Positions 51,898 to 64,000 of a stretch of DNA of 64,000 nucleotides are shown here, one piece after another (the first letter of the stretch is position 1; each line of letters starts with the position of its first letter). The notes beneath the pieces were generated by a model. That model was given only the letters and a program-made list of their open reading frames with translations, searched no databases and was not told the DNA's origin. The stretch is from positions 19,654,001 to 19,718,000 of the forward strand of contig JBHGNT010000010.1 of NCBI GenBank assembly GCA_043228905.1, given 5' to 3'. This DNA is from Azolla caroliniana (taxonomy: Eukaryota; Plantae; Polypodiophyta). The translations under genes and the position numbers were made by a program.

Positions 51898-52195
51898 CAA
51901 AGTAACTCCTAATATTCGCATACGCCCAATCTAGTAGACATATACGAATGTTTACAGTATAGGTTCGCATACAATAAGCGATATTAGTTTTCCTTCTTTT
52001 TTTATGGTCTTGACCTTTGTCTATAAAAATGTTGTTGATTTTTTATTTTTCATATTTTTTTAAAAACAAATAGAATAATAAATATAAATATAGACGAATG
52101 GATTTCAATCATAGTTGGAGCCAGTTCACGTATGAGTATGATAGGAATATTCACGTATGAGTATGGCATGAATGGGAAGTATGGCTAAAACAATG
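51898..52195. mobile_element. hAT-type MITE, same family as 4557-5020, inverted
   Basis: GAATGGGAAGTATGGCTA end is the reverse complement of the 4557 start region; flanks GATGCATT/GATGTATT (7/8). Confidence 0.75.
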
Positions 52196-52377
52196 GATGT
52201 ATTAATTAATGGTCAATATACTCTTTGAGACAATAAATGTACTTCACCTATGATAGAGATCTTCATGTTGATCAAGATTAGGTTATGGTGACGCGATTGA
52301 GAATATGCAAGAGAAGTTGATGTAGACCAAGTATCTCCCATGAAATGTCATCCAACGATGAAGAGTCAAAAGAGAAT

Positions 52378-53000
52378 CTATTGGAGAACCAATGGAAGAT
52401 TATTTATGTCATTGATTCGAGAGACTATCTCAATCATTGTGGGGCGAGCATCACAATGAACCACACAAGACAATGCGATTTTGAGGAGTTGTGTCATCTC
52501 TAGTTTGATATGGTTGAAGTTTTCCTCAGATCTCAAGGTCTTCGAATCAAAAACCTCAGCCACCCATCGTTCTTCATCGATGGACTCAACCCATTGTGGG
52601 AGGAGTGTGTGACCACGACTAATCGTAGCATCGACCTTATCACTAGGGGGGGTGATAGTTGTTGTAACTTTGGAGGATTTTCCGGTGATAAGCTCTAGTA
52701 GGAGAATGCCAAAGCTATAGACATCAGTGGAGGGATTGGCGGCCTCAGGATGGAAACCCATCGAAAGTAGCTCAGGTGCGAGATATGTTGTCATGCTGGA
52801 TTTAGCGTTGGGATAAAAGAGCGCGATTTGTGCCAACCCGTAGTCAGCGAGGTGTGGCTCCCATTGTTTGTCCATCAACACATTCGATGACTTCAAGTTG
52901 CCATGGACAATGTTGTGCTCGTGTAGGTATAACAATGCCTCTGCCATAGCCAATGCCACTCTTAGCCTCTTCTCCCATTCCATGGAACCATCCCCTGATC
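52378..53000 (-). CDS. LRR-III-type receptor kinase, exon 2 (kinase C-terminal half)
   Basis: Acceptor TTTCAG|G at 53001/53000; MEWEKRLRVAL, VHGNLKSSNVL, ADYGLA, YLAPE, DVYSFGILLLELITGK, WVAEVFD, RPTM. Confidence 0.9.
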
Positions 53001-53346
53001 CTGAAAGACCAATATTAATATATAACACTGCTAATATATCATTCTAATTTCTATATATAATGCAATATTTTAATTCCCTTTTCTCATTTCTCTATGTATA
53101 TTTTAAGAATACATGACGTCCCTAGTGAAATATGTTACAAATGAAAACAATAAGCTAGGAAATGTTCCACGGTGCTGAGTGAATGTGTACTTACACATGA
53201 AAATATCAAATTGCTCTTAACATTTCCCACCCTTAGGAACGCACACTCTTGCTCTCACTCTTCAACACCATATGCACCCATATATTAATCTTGCAAGACA
53301 CCAATCACAATTGAGCAAATAATGATAGGTGAAGGAAAAATCTAAT

Positions 53347-56300
53347 TGAAAACATTTATGTGCGGAAGCTTAACAGAATACAACTGGCTCAACCGAACAA
53401 CAACAGAGAAAATACAGAGAACCAATGGAGAACTCGGAAGAGACAAAGACAACGACAAAGAGCAGAAGACTAAAAAACTCAAATTCAATTTAATACTTCT
53501 CTGTACAAACAAATGTGTTGAGAGAGCACTTTTATACAAGTCCTTAAAGGACACGCTCGAAGTACTAACAAGTACTTCAATGCTCATAACTAAGCTAATG
53601 ACTCTAACTCCTACAAATATAACTACCTACTAAGTTAGGAGTGTAGGCCTCAAACGGCCTACCGGCTTCCCGTAGATCAAGCTCTCCAATCCAGTCCTCC
53701 AATCCGGTCTGGGCCTAGCCGATTGGTCTTCATCTGATCCAGCTCTCGGCTTATGTAGCCAATGGAGCCCATCTTGAGCTTACTTCTCAACACTCCCCCT
53801 CAATCTCAACTTGAGGTTCCTTTTGCTCTACCGGTTCCTTGCCTCGGCTCCTCTTGCCAGCTTGTCTCCTTGCACGCGCTCCTCGACAACACATCCAATC
53901 CCACGCTCTTCGACCTCCTCGGTCGGCTTGTCTACTCTTCAGGTTTTCCTTAGCTCGCTCATTGTCTTGGCAGTGGCCCAACTTGACCCATCTATTCCTT
54001 CATTTCGGTGTCGGCTTTGGTTGCTCTCTCATTTTCCTGGTCTTCATATGATTTGGCTCTCTCGAATCAAATTCCTTGACCGAATCGGTTGTCTCCGATT
54101 CGTTCCCGCTCTTGTCCAAATTGGTTGTCTCCAATTCGTCATCCTTCTTCAGGCCCTTGACCACATTGGACCATGTCTTGGTCCTACCCTTTTTCTTTCA
54201 ATCGGCTCTGTCCTTCTTGACTCTGCCGCCTTTCCCACTTCCTCCGGCTCTACCGGATATTTCAACTTCCTCAATCGATTCGGCTTCTTCTTGGGCTATC
54301 CTCTTGCCATCGATCAGTTCTCTCGGTTCTTTCTTCGGCTCATCATCTGCTCAGTGTGGCAAGTCGAGGTATTGGATGCCAAGCATCTCCGAGAAGTGTT
54401 GTAACTTGTCCGTCCCAAGGGCCTTGGTGAAAATGTCGGCAACCTACCGATCGATTCGAACATACCAGAGTTCGACTTCACCACTCAGGACTCGCTCGTG
54501 CACAAAGTGATAATGCACTTCTATATGCTTAGTATGAGCATGGAATACCGGGTTCTTGGCCAACTGCATGCTACTGATATTGTCGTAATAGATCAGAATC
54601 AGAGTGGGAACTTTGACCCGTAAGTCGTACAACAACCGTCGGAGCCATATAGCCTCGCAAGTTGCGACGATGGCGCCTCTATACTCAGCTTCGGTGCTAG
54701 ACAAGGCCATTGTCAACTGCTTCTTGCTGCTCCACGTTACAACCGCGCTCCCAAGAGAGAACATGAAACCTGATGCCAAGCGTCGATCTGTAGCGTCTCC
54801 AGCCCAGTCGGCATCAATATAGCTGACTAGCTGTTCGGCTATGCCGTTGTCGTGAAGGATTCCGGCCATAGACAGAAACAAAGTCGGATACGCGTGAACG
54901 GGCATGTGCATGGATGCACACAAAAATTAAGCCTTTATGTACAAACATATGTAAATAGAATAGATTCACTAGAAAGTACGAGGGAGTAGGATTTATGGGT
55001 ACTTTAAAGACCCACATAGATAGAGAGGATACGGGGAATCTCTAACAGTAATCACGATGTAACGGTCTCCCCTTGTCCTATAAAAGGGGAGGTTTGAGAT
55101 TGTTTCGAGGACAGAAGTTTTTGGGGGGACGAGGTGTTGTCGGACCAAGCTCTGCATGCTTCCTTCCTATTCTCCGTTTTCCAAATTTCCTTGTCGTTGT
55201 GCTGCGAGGCCTCCGTTTCACACTAGTAGCTTGTGTGCTCCCAATCAGAGGCTCGCTAGTGTCTATGTGTTTTTTATATTGAGCTCGAAGCTCTTTTTCC
55301 AGCCACGACCAGCTGTAATCTTTTCATGTTTCCTCTGTTAATTGATTAGTTCGTTGAGTCTCTCTATGTGCTTTGGGTTTCCCGTGTTCTTGCCTTTGAT
55401 CTATTTCTGTCACGTTGTATATCTGAGTGAGTTAGAGCTCATCACTGCCAACCAAAATCTAGTTTGGGGCCATACGGGTCCCCGAGTCCGTGTGCTCATC
55501 ACTGTCTGGCATTCGGGAACCGATCCGGACCAAACACGTGACCGCTAACCGATCTGACGAAGATATCAGAACCCAGATCCGGACAACCTTCCTACCCTCA
55601 CTGGCTCCTTGGTCCAAGACCCCCGTGGTCCCACCCTGTTTCAACATATCCACGCGGAATTCCGTGATACCGTGTCGGTACAGTAGTCCTTGATTCTTCG
55701 TGCCGCTCACATATCGCAATATTCGATGTGCGCACTAAAGATGCTCGACAGTCAGTCTCTACATGAGCTGACTTACCATGCTAACCGGATAGCTAAGATT
55801 GGGTCGGGTGAAAGTTAAATATATTAGGCTTCCGACAATTTGTCGGAACCGTTTCTCATCGCAAGTTGCTCCCCGGTCAGAACAAATCTTCAGGGTTCTG
55901 TCGAGAGGAGTAGAGATAGATCGACAATCCGTCATGCCAAGTTTGTACAGCATATTGAAGACATAATGTCATTGAGTGAGCAATATGTCATCGGGGGTGT
56001 GGATCACTTCAATCCTGAGGAAGTAATGAAGGTCCCCTAAATCCTTCATTACAAATGCTTCTGACAATTGAGACCTGACTTGGCTGATTTCAACAAGGTC
56101 GGGGCCAATGATGACTAGGTCATCCACGGATAACGATATACACACCGGACCCTTCGAACATTTCCGGATGAACAGGGACGAGTCGGACTTCGAGACTACA
56201 AACCCCACCTTACACAACCAGTGCGTGATTTTCCAGTTCCAAGCACGAGGGGCTTGCTTCAGGCCATAAAGTGACTTCTGTAGTCGGCATATTGTCAATT

Positions 56301-59300
56301 TGTTCATCTTCGACTGAAAACCAAGGGGTTGGACCATAAATACCTATTCTCCAAGGTCGCCTTGAAGAAACTCGTTTTTTATGTCCATCTTATGAAGATG
56401 CCACCACTTTGCCACTACGACCGCCAGCACCACACAGACTGTTGTCATCTTTGCTACTTGTAGTCGATGTCATGGGTCTATGTGTATCCTTTCGCCACCA
56501 ATTGGGCCTTGTACTGGTTGACTGAACCGTCGGCGTTGTACTTTATTTGGTACACCCATTTGCATCCGATTGGTTTGTATTGTCGGGGAGGGTCAACCAA
56601 GTCTCGTGCCTCCTTGGAATCAAATGCCCGCATTTCTTCCTCCATGGCCGATCGCCATTTGGCATCCTGCGATGCCTCTGCATACCTCTCCGGCTCGTGG
56701 ACTTCTGTCACTTTCTTCATGTACACATAGTGATGCGTCATGTATTCGTTGTACCCCTATCGGATCACCAAGTTCTTGTGGCTAGTTGATCGGCATAACT
56801 TCTCATTAGCCAATTTCAGGGCCCTCTTGGCCGCAATTGACCTCAACTCTTGATGTTAGTCTTCGCTCCGGTTGGTGTTGGATTCTCTCTGATTCCGTGC
56901 ACCTTTGTTTGTGTCATACTCTGGCATCTTCATCTTCCCCTTCTCTTTACGTGTATATCTTCCTTGCGTGGGGAGTGCACGACCGAGCCTTCACTATTTG
57001 CCGGCCCTTCATTCGACTAGTCATCCCAACTCAACTCCTCATTCAGCCCACTCAGCCGGAATGAAATCGAACTCTCTTCTAGAGTGCTGATATCTTCTTC
57101 TTCTTCTCAAATCATGTCGGCCTCAATAACCTCATCCTCAATAATTGGAATGGAGTCGGGGGTTGGAAGGGAATACCAGGACGCTGACTCGTCGAACACG
57201 ACATCTTGACTTGCTCGTACTTGCTTGATTTGAGGGTTGTAGCACTTATGCCCCTTTTGTTCATGTGAGTAGCCAACTATGATACATTTCTCCGACTTGG
57301 CATCCAGATTCTTCTACTTCTCATCTGGTACATGCACATATGCAATGCTACCGAATACCTTTAGGTGTTTTAAGTTCGGCTTGCGCCCGAAATACAGTTC
57401 ATGAACTGACACCTTCTCTCCAGTTGTCCAAATCTGATTCTGGATATATACAACAATCCAAACAACTTCAACCTAGTAGAATTTGGGCACACTCTTCTCT
57501 TCCAACATAGCTTGTGTTGCTTCCTTCCACAATTGACCGGTTCTTCCTTTCGGCTACGTAATTATGCTCTGGCGTATATCTACAACTGAATTCGCGCCGA
57601 ATTCCCATCTATTGCAAATAACTGTGACGAGCCGGAAAAGTATTCTTTTCCGCCATCCGACCGAAGACACTTGATTTTTTGTTATGTTTCTCTTTCGACA
57701 AGATTCTGCAAGTTCCGGAAACATGAGAAGACATCACTCTTCTTCTCTATCAGGTAAGATCCATGTGTGTCGGCTATAGTCGTCGATGAAGGAGACGAAG
57801 TATCGAATCCCGTCTAAGATCACATTCTGTGCTAGTCCCCACACATCCGAATGTATTAAGTCGAGCTTGTTGCGACTCCGATTACGCTCGTTGGGGGATG
57901 GAAGTCGGTGTTGCTTCCCTAGCTGGCAGACTTCACAAACTTGGGCCTTCCGGTCACTGAACTTTGGCAAACTAAACACGACTTGTTTCGTTTGCATCTC
58001 CTAAAGTCGATCCGCTTATGCCACAAGTCGATATCTTATTCAACTTTTTTCCTTTGGCAAACATTGTGGTGCCGACATCGTTTGTGTCGAGGATAAACAT
58101 CCTCCCTTCCCGGCACCCTTGCGCGATGATTTGGCCTTCTTCTTTGATGAAGCATCCGAGGTCTGTGAACCGGACCTGCATCCCTTGGTCAACAATTTGT
58201 TTGACCGACACCAAGTTCTTGGTGATTGTCGTCGGAACATGCTGGACGTGCATTAGTCTCCCCTTTTGTCCGACATGGCTCAAGGGGACATCACTAACAT
58301 CCTCGATTGGATGTGAGGTTTCGTCACTGGTTCGACAACCCCCGGTTATTCCGGTTTCTCCAAATATGAGAACTACTCTTCGTGGCTCGTCATGTGGTTT
58401 GACGCTCTCGAATCGACATACCACACCTCGTTCAGTTTCGAGGTGCTCAGCTTCATCGAGTTGGCCCTGTGCTTCATCACAAAGGTTGGGCCCTTTCCGG
58501 CTTGCTTTGAGCCTTCCGCATAGTGCAATCTTTGCCGATTTCCTTGTTCAGCTCTACTCGATCCGGATTTATCCATATCAGCCTTGAACTCTTCCAACAC
58601 TCGCTTTCTTTGTGGCCTTTCTTGACAGAATACTGGCATTCCGTCTCGGCCTTCGCTTGCTGGTTTCCGGTGCCTGCCCTGACTCCCCTTGCTTGTGGAA
58701 GGTCCGGAAATGTTGTCGGCATGCCTATTATGCCTCTAATTCTGCTCTTGTCGGCCGCCACTATTGTGTGCCAATCCACCTCGTCCTCCATGACCGTGGG
58801 GTCAATCCGCCTCCGTGTACAACACTCAGTTGTTTGATTGTGTGCTCCTTGACACACCCGCATGGTTCTCTTCGACCATAAGCATTGATTGCAGTTTAAA
58901 AAAATGACAATGGTTCCTCCCTTGTGCAAATAGTTGTTCGGATCGGCCCATACCTTTGAGCTAGACCACCGAGACAATTTTGCACCATTTCGTCCTCATC
59001 CACCGTCACCACCGTCACATTAATCGACCCCAAGCTGTCACATATTTCTTTGATTTTGGTGGTGTAGTCGGTCACCGTCATATCCCTCTGTCGGATATTG
59101 TTGAGCTCTTGATGGAGTTGCAACTTTCGACCCGTGGTACTCACAGAGAAAAACTTCATTAGATTTTCCCATGCCTCCTTCGGCGTCTTTGCATCTCGAA
59201 TGTAGCCTAGCATCTAGTCATGCACAAAGGATGCAAGGCAATACAAGACTCTACTTGCTGCTTGCTCCCACACTGGAAAATCCTTGTGTGTCGATTCTGG

Positions 59301-59624
59301 CGCTACTTCGTTTTCTTCATGGATGTAACTCCAGTAACCCTACCCAAGCAAGTATTGGTGCATCTTGTACTCCCAAGATGTGTAGTTGCTTTTGTCCAAG
59401 TTCTCTATCAGAAAAGCACCACCCATTCCACTATCCATTTTCTTCTTGTCTAAACTCGTCCGGGGATTAGGGTTTGTCTGAGTTTAATGCTTGTCGGTAG
59501 CAGAGGATTCTCAACCCTTGCGCTCGGATACCATGAAAAGATTTATGTGCGGAAGCGTAACAGAATACAACCGGCTCAACCGAGCAACAACAGAGAAAAT
59601 ACATAGAATCAATGGAGAACTCGG

Positions 59625-59674
<50 letters not shown>

Positions 59675-59920
59675 AGAAGACTAAAAAACTCAGATTCAAC
59701 CTCCCTGTACAAACAAATGTGCTGAGAGAGCACTTTTATACAAGTCCTTAAAGGACGGTCAGAAGTACTGACAAGTACTTCAATGCTCATAACTAAGCTA
59801 CTGACATTAACTCCTAAAAATATAACTGCCTACTAAACTAGGAGTGTAGGCCTCAAAGCTTACTGGCTCCCCGCGGATCCGGCTCTCCGATCCGGCCCAT
59901 GTTGAGCTTGCTTCTCGGCA
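53347..59920 (-). mobile_element. Copia LTR retrotransposon F, decayed, in the kinase intron
   Basis: LTRs 53347-53792 and 59534-59920; TSD CTAAT; PBS TGGTATCCGAGC 59522-59533; PPT AGGGGGAG; fragmented gag-PR-INT-RT-RH. Confidence 0.93.
54848..55669 (+). mobile_element. solo LTR, Gypsy TGTCGTG-type family, inserted in F
   Basis: Start TGTCGTGAAGGATTCCGG as at 10947; 3' end degenerate; TSD CCGT; removal restores YRHGIAEQLV in F. Confidence 0.85.
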
Positions 59921-60105
59921 CTAATCAATAGAGACCCAAGGTAACAATAGGAACATAAACGCAAGGAAAACTAACAACAAAGCCCACGATCATCGATGAA
60001 CACTCATTTGACATCTTAACCTTAATGTGTATGTACATGTCAATGAGATCATGTCATGCAAAATGCCATGGTCAGTCTCTAAAAGGAGAGGTTTGCGACT
60101 TTAAG

Positions 60106-60502
60106 TCAAAGTGGATGATATGACGTCAAGGCAAATAATATGAAATTAGAAATAAGAGACCTAAAGAATGTATGCATGGAAATATCTTCACAAGTTTATG
60201 CAAAACATGTATGTAATAAGAGGGAAGGTCATCATTGAAACCATGCAAGCAAAAAGCAACCCAACTTACGCTAGACAAGGCCAACTGGATAACAAAAGCT
60301 TCATATCAAAGTGGATGATATGACGTCAAGGCAAATAATAGGAAATTAGAAATAAAAGACCTAGAGAATGTATACATGGAAATATCTTCACAAGTTTATG
60401 CAAAACATGTATGTAATAAGAGGGAAGGTCATCATTGAAACCATGCAAGAAAAAAGCAACCCTACTTACGCTAGACAAGGCCAACTGGATAACAAAAGCT
60501 TC
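60106..60502. repeat. tandem duplication, 2 x 200 bp
   Basis: TCAAAGTGGATGATATGACG...AACAAAAGCTTC at 60106 and 60306 with a few substitutions. Confidence 0.9.
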
Positions 60503-62626
60503 GTTTAATAATGATAGTATTGGTATATATTAAACATATGATACATATGAACATAGAGCTACATTTGTAATACTAAAAGGTATGCCAAAAAATGGGGCCG
60601 GAACCTTTTAAACATTTCTTCCTTCTTTCAAGGATACACTTTTCCATGTTGAGGATCATTGTATACATTTGTGCATGATAAATGGGCAGGACCCAATTGC
60701 CTCGACTATGAATGTGCATACGTAGTATGTTGAGCACCTAGGAAATATTATCATTCTTCATCTACCAATGGGGTATATCCTAAAGTTGCTAATTTTTTCA
60801 TAAGTACAAAGGATTGTAGCCCCCAACAACAACAAGATGATACAAAGCTTATGTGGATTGATTGGAGATCAAATTAATCAAGATATTTATCATCAATCTA
60901 CATATTGTTGAGAATTATTACCAAATTACCTATTTTTTGGGTTGGGGAATTTAGGGTTGTTTATAATTAAACCAATACTTTGGTGGGGAATTTTATGCTA
61001 AGTCACTCTCTTAGTGAGCCCCCAATGGAGATTTCAAGTTTCTTTAGTTTTATATAAATTCATGGCATTGTTGGATCTAGTAGAACCAATATGTAGATCT
61101 ATCATCTATACCTCTTCTACAATAAACTAGTATGCACCTTTGTAACCATAAATTTGATGCTCTTCTATGTCTTAAGAAGCCTTTTTGACTCACTAGGAAC
61201 AAAATTTGTCTTTCTTGATCATCTTTTCATTCAATGGCTGTTTGTTTCAAGATCTACAAGTTGGTTGACTGATCATTGCAATTCTCTAATTAAAAAACAT
61301 TGCAACTTTATCTTAAACACTTTAGCTAGCTCATACAAGCATGAATATCTATCACATACCACGGTTGGCTATCAACTCTCATCCATTCTCCTTAAACAAA
61401 AAATGCACATATTGCCCATGCTAACTTTTTATTAATTTGTCTCACAAAAATTTTCACATGATTATTGTGTATGGTACTTATCCTAAAAGTTGTTCTTCAC
61501 TTTGTAAGCTCATTCTTCAACACACATATGTTTTGAGTATGTGTAAACATACACAAACCATATGTTGCTTACGTCTTCAATGTTCATATTCAAGTAAAGT
61601 CAAAGGTAAGTTAACTTATTTAATAAACTCATTTTATTTGCAAGGCTAGAGAGTAAGCAGTGGGTATAATCTCAATTACTCTAATAGACAAATGCTCGAA
61701 AGGGACATAATGAGTGCTTATAATATTCATAACTTTCATTTCTTGACCGATTCAAGATACTTTTCATTTGCTTTTGACTTTTAAAAAAGAAAGACATTTT
61801 TCCATACATACGCAGCCATGTGCAACTACAAGACACTACTATTAGAAGTTTTATTTAAAGAGAATGGCTATGATATGATGTAAGTCACGAAGTAGTCTAC
61901 ATCAATGGGAAGAACAAATGACTTAGTTTAAATGCAAAGTTTTCCTTACTAAGGTCCAATGTGGATTGAGCGAAGATAAGAGACACTTGCAAGCCCTACC
62001 TATTCTATACATCATAACAAGAGTGGACTCTTTCCTTACTAAGTTTTCCAAATTTCCATTCGTTCTCTAAAGTGGGTCACCATTAAGCAATTGGCACTAC
62101 ATGCCCAGATGATACACTAAGGGTAGGTGTTTGATTGGTTCTAAAACTCGGGTTTATCAGTTTAAGCGATTTGGTTTAAAGGTACTAGTATTTCATTCGA
62201 TGGCACCCATAAGAAAAACTTTACTATGTATATATTCGCGTTATTAATTATATATAAGTAATGCATTCTAAAGGATCTCTTGTTTGATTTGTGCAGGGTG
62301 TGAAACGAAAGAGAGAGATTGGAAAATGAATGACACTTAAGCATGCTACCTGTAAATACCAAGTACCTAGTCATTGAGGCAAGTGCAGAGAGGTCAACTC
62401 GGTGACTGCAAGAGCAATGCATGAGACCAACGGGACGGACATAGCTCATTGAATAAGGTTGTTCGACCAAGACTAGAAGGCAACATTTAATATTGGCATC
62501 TTGGGACATTAGGGAGAATATATACGTGTGTGTGGAAGTGGCATCCAATGTTGGATCTCAAGGCCTTGTGTTTTAGATGGTCAACTAGCTAGTAAAGAAG
62601 AAGGAGACATGTGAAGGAATTATTAC

Positions 62627-63548
62627 CATGGAGGAGAGTGGATAGGCTGCCATTGGGCATGTAGTCCATGACTAGGAGGGGTTGGTTATTCTTGCTTATG
62701 AAGTATGCGAAGAAGGGTGCCAAGTGCCGGTGCTCAAGCCCGCCGAGTGCCTCGATCTTCCTCCTTATAATCGACTCTTCTTCGCAATCATCATCATTGA
62801 TGCCAAGACTGTGGATAAGCCCCTTGAGCCGCTTAATGACGACCGTAAGCCCGCTCTCCAACACGGCCTTGTAGGACATGCCGAAGCTACCCTTCCCTAG
62901 AAGCACCGCGGATGCCCCCAAAACTTCCATTAGCTTGAATCCCGATCCGCCCCTCCTCATGAACACTAACTCTTTCGACAATGCCACTTCATTGACAATT
63001 CTATCATCATCCGCAGCCGATCCTGATCCGCCCACGATGATGTTCACATTGGGCACCTCCCTCTTGCCTAATGTCAACTGCTCCTTCCTCATGGTACTTG
63101 GTGATCCACCCCACCATTTATTCATATATGGCATCCAGCGGGCTCGCAATATTATGATGGCCACGATGCCACATACCAGGATGAAGCCTGCGATAGTTAT
63201 TCCTGCAATCACACCCACACTAAGGGTTTTCGATCGATTCTCGTCATTCTCGGGAGATGGAGATGGTGATGGTGATGGTGATGGTGATGGTGATGGTGAT
63301 GGTGATGGTGATGGTGATGGTGATGGTGATGGTGATGGTGATATATCCTGGGCATTCACTACTATAGATAGCAAGATTCGATCCGAGGCGATCCCTAAGT
63401 CATGGCATATTAATGTCAATGCGAAAAAGATTTGTAGAACTAGAATTATGTGTAGATTAGCATTAAGAAGAGATCGGATCGGCATAATAGTGTAAGAATT
63501 AGTGTCGTAACTGGATCTTAATTTGTTTGAATAGATTAGCCTTAACAT
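62627..63548 (-). CDS. LRR-III-type receptor kinase, exon 1 (signal-like segment, (SP)15, TM, kinase N-lobe)
   Basis: ATG at 63548 or 63485; hydrophobic leader ending VVNA-QD; (SP)15; TM VGVIAGITIAGFILVCGIVAIIIL; ELVF...FKLMEVLGASAVLLGKGSFGMSYKAVLE, VVIKRLK, DYMPNGSLSTLLHG followed by a GT donor at the usual phase-1 position. Confidence 0.88.
63252..63341 (-). repeat. coding hexanucleotide microsatellite (TCACCA)13-TCTCCA-TCTCCC = (Ser-Pro)15
   Basis: 90-bp GGTGAT array on + strand, in frame within exon 1. Confidence 0.95.
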
Positions 63549-64000
63549 GTTTGTTGTTGAGAAATCAATTGATGATATCTTTGAGGTTGTAAGGCTAGAA
63601 CAAAATGAGGGTCTAAAGTCAACCTTTTCATGGATAAATTGTGACACTTAACATTGTTAAAGGGAAGTTTGAGTGAGGAAAATCTTTATCAAACCTATCG
63701 CTCTCTAGACCACTTCAAAGTATAGCGGACAACTATGCATTCAGAAAATAAGATATTAATGCACGAAAAATAACCAACACTAGTATAGTCATTAGTATTG
63801 GTAAACATTATCACCTATTGAATTCTTTGATAACGATCATAACTCATACTTTTTTAGATGCCAAGTTCATACTCAAGAATATCTATGGTGATCTTTTAAC
63901 TGGCATGCTTTTTTTAGGTAGAAAAATGGTGCATCAACCACTAAGCAATCCTCCATCTCTAAAGGATGGTCCTTGGATGTGTGTATGAGAAACATCATAA

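Noticed and set aside
53811-54404. 197-aa ORF in the 3' region of Copia F as an env-like or extra gene
   Set aside because: Antisense to F, low-complexity and pyrimidine-rich, no clear domain; not supportable without sister copies.
60550-62550. Possible decayed DNA-transposon coding remnant in the intron
   Set aside because: Only short ambiguous peptides; no TIR or TSD found.
62878-63495. (GD)n ORF on + strand
   Set aside because: Antisense reading of the (SP)15 microsatellite and kinase exon 1.

Overview
Land-plant nuclear DNA, probably from a seed-free plant such as a bryophyte or lycophyte (inferred only from the retroelement types). Two host genes face each other across about 44 kb that is mostly nested transposons. 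On + (7394-8383) is an LRR-III/RLK902-type ectodomain plus TM helix with no kinase. On - (exons 63548-62627 and 53000-52378) is an LRR-III-type kinase whose ectodomain is only a (Ser-Pro)15 tract. Together they look like a split receptor kinase. The TE block resolves at base level from LTR ends and TSDs. Gypsy A (14371-27217) contains Copia B and a solo LTR. A LINE remnant is split by chromovirus C (27715-48585). C contains a 3.2-kb TIR element, an LTR fragment and Copia D (35694-48512), and D contains the near-intact Gypsy E (38675-46005). Copia F and a nested solo LTR sit in the 9.6-kb kinase intron. Mechanistic signals read from the sequence: all four TGTCGTG-type Gypsy insertions (A, E and two solo LTRs) have 4-bp TSDs with a central CpG; A and E have a tRNA-Trp PBS and a conserved -1 frameshift signal after the protease; C has a self-priming PBS, its own -1 frameshift signal and a tRNA-like A/B-box motif in its LTR; and the TIR element inside C carries a fold-back built from C-family LTR sequence.
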